Of a stretch of 64,000 nt of DNA, positions 39,128 to 49,672 are shown piece after piece. A program made the translations under genes and the position numbers. Where the stretch lies: contig CBDFGR010000003.1 of assembly GCA_965247115.1 (NCBI GenBank), positions 1,696,001-1,760,000 of the forward strand, read 5' to 3'. The notes beneath the pieces were generated by a model, which saw only the letters and a list, made by a program, of their open reading frames with translations, was not told the origin of the DNA and ran no database searches. Each line of letters starts with the position of its first letter. Positions within the stretch are counted from its first letter, which is position 1. This DNA is from Myxococcota bacterium. GTDB taxonomy: Bacteria; Myxococcota_A; UBA9160; SZUA-336.

Positions 39128-40152
39128 CTGAGACCGCGGTCCAGCAATTCCTCGGCGATCTGCACCGCGTTCGTGGCCGCGCCCTTGCGGAGGTTGTCGC
39201 CGACGGTCCAGAGCCACAGGCGCTGGCTTGCAAGGTCCCTTCGCACTCGACCCACGAAGATCTCGTCGCGCCCGGCCGCCAGCTCGGGCGTCGGGACGAC
39301 GTTGGAGCCGCAGTCGTCGACGAGCTCCACGCCAGGGAAGGCCGCGAGCGCGTCGCGCGCAGCCTCCACGGACAGGGGGCGCTCCGTCTCGACCAGGACC
39401 GATGCGGAATGGCCGACGGGGACCGGCACGCGCACGCAGGTCATGGTCACGTCGACCTCCGGAAGTGCCATGACCTTGCGGGTCTCGAACAGGAGCTTGA
39501 CCTCTTCGGTCGAGTAGCCATCGTCGCGGAACGACTCGCAGAGCGGCACCACGTTATTCGCGATCCTGGCGGCGAACTGACGCGGAGCCGGAACCTCCGC
39601 CCCGATGTGAATGGCATGTTGCTGAGCTTCGAGCTCTTCGACACCGGGCAGTCCCGCACCGCTCACCGCCTGCAGTGTGGTTACCACAGCGCTCTTTACA
39701 CCAGCCGCCCGGTGCAGTGGCTCCAGCGCCATGACAAAGGGGATCGTGGTGCAGTTTGGAGAGGCGAGGATGCCCTGGTGCTTCTCCACGGCTTCGCCGT
39801 TCACTTCGGGAATCACGAGGGGCACGTCGTCGTGCATGCGCCAGGTTGCCGACTTGTCGATCGCGATCCCCCCGCGCTGCACGACCTCGGGCGCCAGCTC
39901 CCTGGAGAGCTCCCCTGTTGCGGCGAAGAACACGAAGTCCGCGCCGTCGAAGGCTTCGGGTCGCGCGACCTCGACGCGCAGCGGCTCGCCCCGAAAGTGA
40001 ATCTCGCGGCCGGCCGAGCGGTCGCTCGCGAGGGGGCGCAGCTCCGAAATAGGAAAAGCGCGCTCCTCGAGCAGACGCAGGAGTACCTCGCCCACCGCGC
40101 CGGTTGCACCACACACGGCGACAACACGGCCGCGCCCGCTCGACTCCGCCAT
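39124..40152 (-). CDS. asd: Aspartate-semialdehyde dehydrogenase
   Basis: [36 protein letters not shown]. Confidence 0.95.
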   Translation of the reverse strand: MAESSGRGRVVAVCGATGAVGEVLLRLLEERAFPISELRPLASDRSAGREIHFRGEPLRVEVARPEAFDGADFVFFAATGELSRELAPEVVQRGGIAIDKSATWRMHDDVPLVIPEVNGEAVEKHQGILASPNCTTIPFVMALEPLHRAAGVKSAVVTTLQAVSGAGLPGVEELEAQQHAIHIGAEVPAPRQFAARIANNVVPLCESFRDDGYSTEEVKLLFETRKVMALPEVDVTMTCVRVPVPVGHSASVLVETERPLSVEAARDALAAFPGVELVDDCGSNVVPTPELAAGRDEIFVGRVRRDLASQRLWLWTVGDNLRKGAATNAVQIAEELLDRGLR

Positions 40153-40274
40153 CTCCAGGCCCTCCGGGCGCAATCGTATCGCCTACCCCTGCTCTTCGCC
40201 AAAGGGAGGTCTCACCTGCGGGCTGCCGCCGGGCGACCGAACGCCCTACCTTCAGGACTGCGGGGGAAGTCATC

Positions 40275-42125
40275 ATGGACGCCGACGAAGAGCGATTCCA
40301 GGCGCGGGAGATCGGGCTCTCGACGCAGCTGAGTCCGCTGCGAAAGACCACAAAGGCCCGATCGGTCCAGGAGCTCACTCGGGAGCAGCTAGAGCACTTC
40401 TGCATCGATCCGGAGAGCCCTCTCGGGGTTCGCCTGCGAGACGTGGTCGAGCACATCTATCATGCGGACGCGGGCCTGAACCACCTGTGGAGCGACACGG
40501 TCCGGGTGCTTGCCGGACTCGAGCGTCGGGACCGGATCGCGTTCTTCAATGCCAAGCGCTTTCTGTGCTTCCAGCTCGCAAAGCTGCTCGATACGCTCCA
40601 GAGCCCGCTGCGAAAGAGCTACCAGTCGCTGGTGCCAAGGCAGACGACTCAGACAGCGAAGGGACCCTACTCGCTGTTCGACAACGTGACCGCGGTGTTC
40701 AGCTCCACGCCGGTCATCACGCGTACCGCAACGTATCTGTACGCTTGCACGGAGTGGATCGACGACGCGTTCCAGGGCAAGGAGCTTCTGCACGAGATCT
40801 ACTCCCGCCTGATGAACCCCACGTCGACGTGCCTGGCAAACCACATCGTTGACCTCGAGGCTGGACCCCTTGCAGGTGAGTACTTCGCCTGGAACTTCAA
40901 CTCCGGAATGGCCGCGATCGATGCCACCCTCGGCCACCTGGTCGGCTACCAGGACATGGTCCTCTCCAGTCGCAACATCTATGGCGGCGCATACCAGCTG
41001 CTGCACGACTGGTACGGCAAGCCGGGCAATCTGGACGTCGCCGTGCACTGGTTCGACGGCTGCACTGCGAATGCCTTCCGCGAGGGCCTCGAACGTGTGC
41101 GTACGGCGTGCCCCGCGCGGCTCGAGCAGGGGAGGCAGATCTTTGTCTACCTCGAGTCGCCCTGCAATCCGCACGGCTACGTGCTTGACGTGCCCGGCAT
41201 CTGTCGCGCCGCGCACGACGAGGGCCTCGAGGTCATCTGTGATGCGACGATCGGAACGCCCATGCTGCAGCCGGTTCTCAGGCGCGAAGATCCGCTCGAG
41301 CGACCGGATTTCGTCCTGCACTCGTATACAAAGGATCTCGTCGGCACGGGTACGACCACGGCGGGGGTGGCGATCGCCCGGAACGAACGCATGTTCATAC
41401 CGAAAGGCGAATCCCTCGAGGGAACGGGGCCCGACGGCGCAGCCCGGATCTACCGCTGGGACGAGACGCTGTTCTGGAACGTCTACTTCGTGAAGGGCGC
41501 GTTTCTCGATTCCGACAAGGCCTTCGAGGTGATCAATGGCATGCGAACACTCGAGGTACGCATGCTCCGAAAGTGCATCAACACGATCGTCCTCGCGCGA
41601 GTGCTGGCCCACCATCCGGATATCAACGTCAAGTGCTCGGCTGTCGAGGGAGACGCGAACGCCGACCTGTGCCGTGAGCACATGTTCCTGGGTCTGGCGC
41701 CCCCGCTGTTCACGTTCGACCTGGAGGGCGATCAAACCACGGCGCCTGCATTCGGGATCCCGGACTTCAAGCGCTTCTTCGACTGCCTGGAGCCCGCCTT
41801 CGGGCTACAGGTGAGTCTCGGTCAGGTGAACACGGTGGTGCTGTGTCCCGCGCTCACCAGCCACTCCGAGCTGGCGGGAGATGCGCTCACAGACGCAGGA
41901 ATCTCCGAGACAACGATTCGCGTCGCCGTGGGTGGCGAGGATCCGCGGACTCTGATCGCGCACTTGATGCGCGCCGCGGAGCTCGCGCTCGAACCGGTGC
42001 GCCCGGGCTTCGTCGCCAGGTTCATGAGCCAGGACGAGATCGACGCGCTCTACCGCGAGGTGTACGTCGACGTGCACACGCGCTACGTGCACGCTCAGCC
42101 CGACATGGAGGCGCTGCTCCTCTGA
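40275..42125 (+). CDS. Cys/Met metabolism PLP-dependent enzyme with long N-terminal extension (616 aa)
   Basis: YSRLMNPT, FNSGMAAI, YGG, LESPCNP, DAT, HSYTK (PLP Lys), VSLG, RVAVG. Confidence 0.85.
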   Translation: MDADEERFQAREIGLSTQLSPLRKTTKARSVQELTREQLEHFCIDPESPLGVRLRDVVEHIYHADAGLNHLWSDTVRVLAGLERRDRIAFFNAKRFLCFQLAKLLDTLQSPLRKSYQSLVPRQTTQTAKGPYSLFDNVTAVFSSTPVITRTATYLYACTEWIDDAFQGKELLHEIYSRLMNPTSTCLANHIVDLEAGPLAGEYFAWNFNSGMAAIDATLGHLVGYQDMVLSSRNIYGGAYQLLHDWYGKPGNLDVAVHWFDGCTANAFREGLERVRTACPARLEQGRQIFVYLESPCNPHGYVLDVPGICRAAHDEGLEVICDATIGTPMLQPVLRREDPLERPDFVLHSYTKDLVGTGTTTAGVAIARNERMFIPKGESLEGTGPDGAARIYRWDETLFWNVYFVKGAFLDSDKAFEVINGMRTLEVRMLRKCINTIVLARVLAHHPDINVKCSAVEGDANADLCREHMFLGLAPPLFTFDLEGDQTTAPAFGIPDFKRFFDCLEPAFGLQVSLGQVNTVVLCPALTSHSELAGDALTDAGISETTIRVAVGGEDPRTLIAHLMRAAELALEPVRPGFVARFMSQDEIDALYREVYVDVHTRYVHAQPDMEALLL

Positions 42126-42211
42126 TCGACCTGGTATCTTGCTGCTAGGGGTGAGCGCCACATCGCAGCGAGACGAGCTCTTGGACTGACTCCTGCGCTA
42201 GCGTATCCGGC

Positions 42212-43714
42212 GTGGGGAATGGCACGAGCGCCGCGGTCGCATCGGGACACCCGGCCGTCACGGAGGCCGCCTGCGAGGTGCTCCAGTCCGGGGGCAACGC
42301 TTTCGATGGCGTCGTGGCGGCGGGCTTCGCGTCTGCCGTTGCGGAGCCCGCACTCACCAGTCTGGGAGGCGGCGGCTTCTGTCTGGCTTGCCCGGCCGGT
42401 GCGCCGGCACTGCTCTTCGATTTTTTCGTCGACAGCCCTGGTCGCGGGCTCGACGCGAGCGCGTTGGAGCCTCACTTCCTGCCGGTGACGGTACGCTTTC
42501 CCGGTGCGGACCAGGTGTTCAACGCCGGTCACGGCTCGGTCGCGGTGCCGGGGAACCTGCGCGGCTACCTGCATCTGCTAGGTCGACTGGGGCGTCTGCC
42601 CCTCCGGGAGGTAATCGCACCCACCATTCGCCTGGCGCGCGACGGGCTGCTCGTGAACGACCGCCAGGCCTACTTTTTCGAGCTCCTTCAGCCGATCATG
42701 GCCCTCACGCCAGCGGGTCGGGCGCTCTACGAGCCGGAAGGCACCACCCTGCGCGCCGGCGAGCGCTTCGCCAACCCGGATCTGGCAGCGTTCCTCGAGG
42801 AGCTGCCGCGTGGCGGCGATCGCGAGCTCTACGAGGGCGGACTCGGCCTTCGGGTTGCGCGCGAGATGCGCGAGGCGCATGGCCTGCTCACGGCGTCGGA
42901 CCTTGCCGCCTACGCCGTGGTGGAGCGGGATCCCTTGGAGGTATCGTACCGGCGGCTGCGCCTCCTGACGACGCCTGCGCCCTCGCTCGGAGGTCCGCTC
43001 TTTGCGTTGGGTCTGCGCCTGCTCGAGACGTGTGACCTCGACGGGATCGCCTTCGACAGCTCGACGTGTCTGGCGACGCTGATCGCGGTCCAGCAGGAGG
43101 TCGAGCGGCGCCGCGGGGAGGAAGAGCTCTCCCCTGGCGCGTTTGGCGAGAGCGTGGCACGAGTGCGCACATCGTCGGGAGGCACAACGCATGTGAGCGT
43201 GTGCGACGCGGAGGGGAACGTGGCCAGCATGTCGACCTCAAACGGCGAGGGCTCGGGCTATCTGGTCCCCGGTACGGGGATCATGCTGAACAACATGCTC
43301 GGCGAGGACGATCTGCACCCCGATGGCTTTCACGCCAGCCCGCCCGGACAACGTGTGGCGTCGATGATGTGTCCGTCTCTCGTGCTCGACGAGCGTGGCA
43401 TCGCCCTCGTCGTCGGGAGCGGCGGCAGCAAGCGGATCCGTAGCACCCTCCTGCAGGTGATCTCGGCCGTGTTCGACTTTGGTATGTCGCTGCGGGACGC
43501 GATCGAGGCGCCACGCGTCCACTGGGACGGCGAGTGCGTCCAGGTCGAGCCCGGCTTCGACGCCGCGGTCATCGAAGAGCTCGCCCGCCGCTGGCCCACG
43601 AACCGCTGGTCCGTGCAAGACGTCTACTTCGGCGGCGCGCACGCCGTCTCCCCGCGCGGCGAAGCCGCCGCCGACCCCCGCCGCGACGGCTCCGCAAAGC
43701 TAATCCGCCCGTAA
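42212..43714 (+). CDS. ggt: Gamma-glutamyltransferase family protein
   Basis: GGNAFD, GGGGF, TTHVSV nucleophile, LNNML, GSGG..RI, ADPRRDG. Confidence 0.9.
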   Translation: MGNGTSAAVASGHPAVTEAACEVLQSGGNAFDGVVAAGFASAVAEPALTSLGGGGFCLACPAGAPALLFDFFVDSPGRGLDASALEPHFLPVTVRFPGADQVFNAGHGSVAVPGNLRGYLHLLGRLGRLPLREVIAPTIRLARDGLLVNDRQAYFFELLQPIMALTPAGRALYEPEGTTLRAGERFANPDLAAFLEELPRGGDRELYEGGLGLRVAREMREAHGLLTASDLAAYAVVERDPLEVSYRRLRLLTTPAPSLGGPLFALGLRLLETCDLDGIAFDSSTCLATLIAVQQEVERRRGEEELSPGAFGESVARVRTSSGGTTHVSVCDAEGNVASMSTSNGEGSGYLVPGTGIMLNNMLGEDDLHPDGFHASPPGQRVASMMCPSLVLDERGIALVVGSGGSKRIRSTLLQVISAVFDFGMSLRDAIEAPRVHWDGECVQVEPGFDAAVIEELARRWPTNRWSVQDVYFGGAHAVSPRGEAAADPRRDGSAKLIRP

Positions 43715-43746
43715 TCCCCGTCCACGGCAAGCGCGCAAGAGCCCCG

Positions 43747-43992
43747 CCTCAGTGACCAGAAGTTCCGACTTCGGCCAAACAAGTAATAATTAAGGACCGT
43801 CCCTAAGTTCTAATTCCCAAACAAGTTCGGATTAAGGACCGTCCGCAAGTTCGGATTCCGAGGAGAACCGGCAACCTCCTCCGGGGCTTGGCAACCTTGC
43901 AAGCGCCGCGGGAGCGGCGCGCGCAGCGAAGGCCTCGGGCCTGAGCGGAGGTGGGTGGCCGCGGCCGCCCGCGGCCGGGTCCCACAAGACTA
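43747..43992 (-). repeat. Composite repeat (element A + two B modules), inverted copy of 54256-54459
   Basis: 43747-43817 is an exact reverse complement of 54389-54459; 43866-43992 matches 54256-54382 with one mismatch seen. Confidence 0.92.
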
Positions 43993-45225
43993 GTACACGA
44001 GCCCGGCGATGGCCCCGGTGAGGAAAGTGGCCAGGGAGCCGGCGATGAGCGCGCGGATCCCGTCTCGGGCAATGTCGTGGCGGCGCTCGGGCGCGATGCC
44101 GCCGAGCCCTCCGATCAGGATTGCCAGCGACCCGAAGTTCGCAAAGCCACAGAGCGCGTAGCTCGCGATGACGACGGAGCGGGGCTCCAGTGTGTCCCGT
44201 ACGTTCGCCAGCAGCTGGTAGCCGAGGAACTCGTTCAGGATCGTCTTGATCCCGAGCATCTCGCCCACCACCGGCGCGTCGGCCCACGGTACTCCAAGCA
44301 GAAACGCGACTGGAGCGAGCAGGAGCCCCAGGATCCGCTCCAAGCTGAGGCCGTCAATCCCGGCCAAACGGCCAGCCCAGGCCAGGCATGCGTCGAGCCC
44401 GTAGATGAGCGCGACGAAGGCGATCAGCATCGCGCCAATGTTGAGGGCCAGCCTCATCCCATCGGCGGCGCCGCTGGCGGCCGCGTCGATCACGTTCACC
44501 GTGTCGCGGGAGATCTCGATCCGCGCGCCGCCGAGCGACGCGGGCACCCCCTCTTCCGGCACCATGATCTTGGCGATCGCCACCGCCGCGGGCGCGGACA
44601 TGAAGCTGGCAGCGATCAGATGGCCGGCGTAGTCCGCCCCGACCAGCCCCATGTACGCGACGAGCACGGAGCCCGCGACCGTGGCGAGTCCCGCCGTCAT
44701 CACGCAGAAGAGCTCGCTGCGGGTGAGGCTCGCGACGTACGGGCGCACAATCAGGGGAGCTTCGGTCATGCCGAGGAACACGTTCGCGATCGTCGCCAGC
44801 GACTCAGCCCCGCTGATCTGCATCGCGCTCCGCAGGCCGCGCGCGAGCCAGTCGACCACTCGTTGCAGGATTCCCAGGTGGTAGAGGACGGAGAAGATGC
44901 TGGCCATGAAGATCACGATGGGAAGCACGCGGATGGCGAAGACGTAGGGCAGCACGACCGGCTCGCCATCGGCGCCCATCACGCGCTCCGGCCAGGTACC
45001 GAACAGGAAGTCGATGCCCACGTCCGCGGCCGCGATGAACCCGGCGGCGGCGGCGTTCACCGCCTCGAAGAAGACCGCTCCCCAGGCCGTGCGCAGCACA
45101 AGGCCCGCGATCAGGAACTGGAGCAGCATGGCCACGACGACGGGCCGCCACGCGATGCGTCGCCAGTTCGTGGAGCCGAGGGTGGCCAGGCCAAGGAGCA
45201 GTGCGATACCGACGAACGCGATCAC
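43990..45225 (-). CDS. nupC: CNT-family nucleoside transporter
   Basis: ANVFLGMTEAP, GLATVAG, NEFLGY, ALCGFANFGS. Confidence 0.93.
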   Translation of the reverse strand: MIAFVGIALLLGLATLGSTNWRRIAWRPVVVAMLLQFLIAGLVLRTAWGAVFFEAVNAAAAGFIAAADVGIDFLFGTWPERVMGADGEPVVLPYVFAIRVLPIVIFMASIFSVLYHLGILQRVVDWLARGLRSAMQISGAESLATIANVFLGMTEAPLIVRPYVASLTRSELFCVMTAGLATVAGSVLVAYMGLVGADYAGHLIAASFMSAPAAVAIAKIMVPEEGVPASLGGARIEISRDTVNVIDAAASGAADGMRLALNIGAMLIAFVALIYGLDACLAWAGRLAGIDGLSLERILGLLLAPVAFLLGVPWADAPVVGEMLGIKTILNEFLGYQLLANVRDTLEPRSVVIASYALCGFANFGSLAILIGGLGGIAPERRHDIARDGIRALIAGSLATFLTGAIAGLVY

Positions 45226-45854
45226 AAGTGTTCCGCGAACGCGCGGGTTGCTGCGATTGGGTCAGACGCATCGGCGATGGCCGAGATGACCGCGGCGGCA
45301 GCCGCACCGGCGCGCGACACCTCCACAGCATTCCCAGCGTCGATCCCGCCGATGGCGACGACCGGACGCCCAGCCTGCTTCACGGCTTCCGCCAGCATGC
45401 CCGGACCGCGGGGCTGCCACTCGCTCCGCTTGGACGCCGTGCCGAAGACGGGACCAAAGCCGATGTAATCGATGGGCCGTTGCCGGCTCTCGCATACCTG
45501 ATCCAGGGTGTGGGTGGAGAGACCGATGAGCAGACGCTCGCGCAGCGCTGCGGGAACTCGCTCCGGTGCGAGGTCGTCCTGCCCGAGGTGCACGCCGTCC
45601 GCCCCGCCGAGGTCGGCAAGATCGAAGCGATCGTTCACGATCAGGAGTGCTCCGGCGCTGCGCGTCCGCTCGACCGCCCAGCGCACGAGTGTCAGGGCGT
45701 CCCGATCTCGCGTGTGCTTGAGCCTGAGCTGTAGCGCGGTCGCGCCCGCGAAGAGCGTGGCCTCGACTACCGAGCGCGGGTCGTGTCGCCAGCGCGGATC
45801 GTCGTCCGCCAGCGGGTAGATGCCCCTCAGGAGCGTGAGGGCAGCATCCTTCAC
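45222..45854 (-). CDS. thiE: Thiamine-phosphate synthase
   Basis: QLRLK, IVNDR, GVHLGQDD, GLSTH, GPVFGTASK, AIGGI. Confidence 0.94.
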   Translation of the reverse strand: MKDAALTLLRGIYPLADDDPRWRHDPRSVVEATLFAGATALQLRLKHTRDRDALTLVRWAVERTRSAGALLIVNDRFDLADLGGADGVHLGQDDLAPERVPAALRERLLIGLSTHTLDQVCESRQRPIDYIGFGPVFGTASKRSEWQPRGPGMLAEAVKQAGRPVVAIGGIDAGNAVEVSRAGAAAAAVISAIADASDPIAATRAFAEHL

Positions 45855-47269
45855 GAGATATCGATCCCGAGCTCCGAGATTTTCTTGCGTAGCGTGTTGC
45901 GATTGATGCCGAGCAGGCTCGCCGCCTGGAGCTGATTGCCGCCGGAGCGGGTCAACGCCTCGCTGATAATCGAGTGCTCGAGTCGCTCCACGAAGCTCCA
46001 GTAGTGGCCGCGCTCTCCCGACTCCGCGCTTGTATCGAGCAGGCGCGCGTAGTCGCGTCGCGCGACCTCTGTCCAGTCCACGCTCTCGGTGCGGAAGAGC
46101 GCCGTTGCACTCTCTATGTCCGCGGGTGTGATGACGTCGCCCGAGGCGAACACGAGCGCGCGCTTGATCACATTTTCGAGCTCTCGCACGTTGCCTGGCC
46201 AGCTGTGGCTCTCGAGCAGCTCGAGAGTGGCCTCGGTTGGCCAGCGTTCGGGCACGTTCAGCTCCCGTGCGAAGCGTCCCACGAAATGATGCACGAGCGG
46301 CGGGATGTCGCCCTCCCGTTCGCGCAGGGGGGCGATCCGGATCGGCACGACGTTCAGCCGAAAGTACAGATCCTCGCGGAATTGCTTTCGTTCAACGCGA
46401 TCCTCCAGATCCTGGTGCGTCGCCGCAAGGATCCGCACGTCGATCGGGATGGGACCCTTGCCTCCGAGCGGCGTCACCTCCTTCTGCTGCAGGACGCGCA
46501 ACAGCTTGGCCTGCAGCTCTTGCGATAGGTCTCCGATCTCGTCCAGCAGCAGGGTCCCGCCCTCGGTCTCGCGGAAGCGGCCGGCTCTGGCCTCGCTCGC
46601 TCCGGTGAACGCGCCGCGCTCGTGTCCAAAGAGCTCCGCCTCGATCAGCTCGCTCGGCAGGGCGGTCATGTTGATGGCGGCGAAGGGAGCCTCGCGCCGT
46701 GCGCTGTGGTAGTGGATGGCGCGCGCCACGAGCTCTTTGCCGGTCCCGCTCTCGCCGAGGATGAGAACGGCGGCGTCGCTGGGCGCGATCCGTCCGATCA
46801 GCTTGTAGGTCTCCAGCATGCTCGTGCTCTGCCCGACGAGCACCTCGCCGCCACGAAACGAGTTCCCCACCTGACGGCGCAGCTCCTGCATCTCGCCCCG
46901 CATGCTTCGAAGTTGCCGCGCCTTCTGGACGAGGCCTTCGACCTGCTTCAGGTCGAACGGCTTCGGCAAGTAGTCGAACGCCCCGCGCTTCATGGCCTCG
47001 ATCGCGGTGTCGAAGGTGTTCATGGCGGTCATGATCACGATGACCGGTCCTCCCGGCTCACGCGCGCGGAGCTCTTCGAGCAGATCGAGACCACTGTCCC
47101 CCGGCATGCGTACATCGAGAAACGCGACGTCGAAGCGTTCCCGGCCGAGACACTCGCGTGCCTGGTCGGCGTCTGCTGCTTCGACCACGCTGTGTCCGGC
47201 GTCCTCGAGCGCCTCGCGCAGCACGAAGCGAATCGACACCTCGTCATCGACGACCAGGATTCGGCTCAC
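45851..47269 (-). CDS. ntrC: Sigma54 response regulator NtrC
   Basis: Receiver domain, GESGTGKE, GAFTGA, WPGNVREL, GINRNTLRKK; paired with NtrB. Confidence 0.85.
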   Translation of the reverse strand: MSRILVVDDEVSIRFVLREALEDAGHSVVEAADADQARECLGRERFDVAFLDVRMPGDSGLDLLEELRAREPGGPVIVIMTAMNTFDTAIEAMKRGAFDYLPKPFDLKQVEGLVQKARQLRSMRGEMQELRRQVGNSFRGGEVLVGQSTSMLETYKLIGRIAPSDAAVLILGESGTGKELVARAIHYHSARREAPFAAINMTALPSELIEAELFGHERGAFTGASEARAGRFRETEGGTLLLDEIGDLSQELQAKLLRVLQQKEVTPLGGKGPIPIDVRILAATHQDLEDRVERKQFREDLYFRLNVVPIRIAPLREREGDIPPLVHHFVGRFARELNVPERWPTEATLELLESHSWPGNVRELENVIKRALVFASGDVITPADIESATALFRTESVDWTEVARRDYARLLDTSAESGERGHYWSFVERLEHSIISEALTRSGGNQLQAASLLGINRNTLRKKISELGIDIS

Positions 47270-48345
47270 GGATGGCTCCGCAGCGGGAGCAGGACGCGTA
47301 CGTGCGCGCCCCCTCCCGGCTCGCTCGACACCTGAATGTGTCCGTCGTGGCGCACAGTCCAGTGCTGCGCGATGGGCAACCCGAGCCCGGTGCCACCGCT
47401 CGTCTGCGTGAAGAACGGCGTGAAGATGTGTGGCAGGTGCTCCGCAGAGATGCCCGGCCCCGTGTCCTCGACGTCGAGTCGCATCATTTGTTCGGGGCGC
47501 TGGCCGGGTGACAGCTGGTAGTTCGTCTCCACCCGGGTGCGCAGGGTGAGGGTGCCCTTGCCGCACATCGCCTGCACGGCGTTGCGCATCAGGTTGAGGA
47601 AGGCCTGAGCCATGCGGTCCGAGTCGATCTCCAGCTCGGGGATGCTGGGGTCGTACTCGCGCCGTACCTCGATCTCGCGCCAGGTCTCGGAGTGGCTATG
47701 GAGCTCGATCAGATTGTCGAGCACGCGGTGTACGTTCGTCGGTCGAAGGGCGAGCTCGCCGCCGCGCGTGAGCTCGGCGAGGTCACCCAGTAGACGGCGC
47801 ATTCGGTCCGTCTCGTCGCGGATCAGCTCGGGGAAGCGCCGCAGATCGTCTGTCCCGAGCTTGCCCAGCAGCAGCTCGGCTGCGCCGCGGATGCCGCTCA
47901 GTGGATTTCCGAGCTCGTGGGCGATGCCCGCCGCCAGGTGCGCGAACAGCTCCGAGCGCGAGCGCTGGTCGACCAGCGCCTCGAGCTCCCGACCGATCGT
48001 TCGGTCGCGCAGGGTCACGACCGCTCCTTCCCCTGTTTCCAGACCGATCGGTGAGGCCGCCAGATCCACGACGAGCGAGCTCGAGCTCAGCCTGGGCCGG
48101 ATCGCACACGCGTGGGAGGACACGGGCCGCTCCGCCCGGAGTGCCTCGGACACGAGCAGGGTCACGGGGTGATCGGCGCCCACGGATTCGGCCAGCGTGC
48201 GCCCCACGCTGAACTCCGAAGACGTGCCCAGGATGCGGCTCGCCTCCCCGTTCTGAAGCTCGATCCTGTCGTTGCCGTGGACCGCGATGATCCCGACGGC
48301 AACGGAGTCCAGGATGGCGTCCAGCCGCTCGTCCTTTTCGGTCAT
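47266..48345 (-). CDS. ntrB: PAS histidine kinase NtrB
   Basis: PAS, AHELGNPL, YDPSIP, NLMRNA, DTGPG, GTGLGL. Confidence 0.85.
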   Translation of the reverse strand: MTEKDERLDAILDSVAVGIIAVHGNDRIELQNGEASRILGTSSEFSVGRTLAESVGADHPVTLLVSEALRAERPVSSHACAIRPRLSSSSLVVDLAASPIGLETGEGAVVTLRDRTIGRELEALVDQRSRSELFAHLAAGIAHELGNPLSGIRGAAELLLGKLGTDDLRRFPELIRDETDRMRRLLGDLAELTRGGELALRPTNVHRVLDNLIELHSHSETWREIEVRREYDPSIPELEIDSDRMAQAFLNLMRNAVQAMCGKGTLTLRTRVETNYQLSPGQRPEQMMRLDVEDTGPGISAEHLPHIFTPFFTQTSGGTGLGLPIAQHWTVRHDGHIQVSSEPGGGAHVRVLLPLRSHP

Positions 48346-48374
48346 ACTTACGCTCGCTCCTGCGGAGCTCCGTA

Positions 48375-48397
48375 GATTGCCTAAGAATTAGGCAATC
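48375..48397. promoter_or_regulatory. Palindromic operator with NtrC-site geometry
   Basis: GATTGCCTAA-GAA-TTAGGCAATC; core TGC-N11-GCA just upstream of ntrB. Confidence 0.65.
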
Positions 48398-48415
48398 CTA
48401 ACTCGAGGGGGACGG

Positions 48416-49672
48416 ATGCGCGAGCCCGAGGTCAAGGCAAGGCGGGTCTCGGTGACGGTGGCCGAAGCCAGAGAGATCATCCTGAGCTCGGTTCAGCCGC
48501 TGGGGCAGGAGACCATCGACCTGTCCGAGGCCGGCGGCCGCGTCCTGGTGGAAGAGGTCAGGGCGGACATACACATCCCTCCCCACGACAACTCCGCCAT
48601 GGACGGCTTTGCCGTCCGCGCGGAGGATGTCCGCACCGTGCCAGCGGAGCTGTCCGTGGTGGAGGACCTTCCAGCGGGACGCCGCAGCCAGAGGAAGCTG
48701 GGACCCGGTGAGGCCGCCCGGATCATGACCGGCGCGGCCGTTCCAGAGGGTGCGGACTCAGTGGTCATGGTGGAGGAGACCGCGAGCGCGGGCAATCGAG
48801 TCACGATCAAGCGCGCGCCGAGCAAGGGCGAGTTCGTGCGGAGAGCGGGGTCTGACGTGGAGCCGGGCTCGCTGATCGCCGAGCCGGGTGCGGTGATCGA
48901 GGCTCCGCTCGCGGGCATGTTGGCGGCCATCGGTCGCACCACGCTCAGTGTGGCGGCGCGGCCCCGAGTCGCGATCATTGCGACCGGGGACGAGCTGGTC
49001 GAGCCCGATCGTCTGCGGGAGGACGGCAGGATCGTGAGCTCCAACTCCTACTCACTGCGCGCGGCGCTACGGGAGCTCGGCGCAGAGCCCGTCTACCTGG
49101 GGATCGCACCGGACGAGCGGGAGCAGATCGAGGCACGCTTTCGGCAGGCGCTGGGCTGCGACGTGGTCGTGTCGACCGGGGGCGTCTCCGTCGGGGATCG
49201 GGATTGGATCAAGGAGGTGCTGGCGGACCTCGGCGGTGCCATGCGGCTGTGGCGCGTGAACATGCGACCCGGTGCTCCGCTCGCGTTCTCCGTCATCGAC
49301 GGCAGGCCAGTCTTCGGTTTGCCGGGCAATCCGGTCTCGACCCTGGTCACCTTCGAGGAGTTCGTGCGCCCGGCCCTGTTGCGCATGATGCGCCACACGA
49401 ATGTGTTCCGCCCCGTGGAGCCCGCGACGCTCGCCGAGACCTACGAGAAGCCGGCCGGTCGCATGCACCTCCTGCGCGTGCGTCTGGAGGACCGCGACGG
49501 TCGCCGCTACGCCGTCTCGACCGGCGACCAGACCTCGAACATCCTGCTCTCCATGGTCCGCGCCGATGGGCTGGCGATCATCCCCGCGGAAGTGGAACGC
49601 GTTCGCGCGGGCACGGAGGTCCCGGTCCAGCTGCTGCGCCGCGACGACCTGCGCGCGGATCCCGGCTTTTGA
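48416..49672 (+). CDS. moeA: Molybdopterin molybdenumtransferase
   Basis: SAMDGFA, IMTGA, TGDEL, TGGVSVGDRD, GLPGNPVS. Confidence 0.95.
   Translation: MREPEVKARRVSVTVAEAREIILSSVQPLGQETIDLSEAGGRVLVEEVRADIHIPPHDNSAMDGFAVRAEDVRTVPAELSVVEDLPAGRRSQRKLGPGEAARIMTGAAVPEGADSVVMVEETASAGNRVTIKRAPSKGEFVRRAGSDVEPGSLIAEPGAVIEAPLAGMLAAIGRTTLSVAARPRVAIIATGDELVEPDRLREDGRIVSSNSYSLRAALRELGAEPVYLGIAPDEREQIEARFRQALGCDVVVSTGGVSVGDRDWIKEVLADLGGAMRLWRVNMRPGAPLAFSVIDGRPVFGLPGNPVSTLVTFEEFVRPALLRMMRHTNVFRPVEPATLAETYEKPAGRMHLLRVRLEDRDGRRYAVSTGDQTSNILLSMVRADGLAIIPAEVERVRAGTEVPVQLLRRDDLRADPGF

Noticed and set aside
43780..43860. Module B tandem pairs as a mini CRISPR array
   Set aside because: At most two copies in a row, period 42-44 bp, spacers not unique and no cas genes
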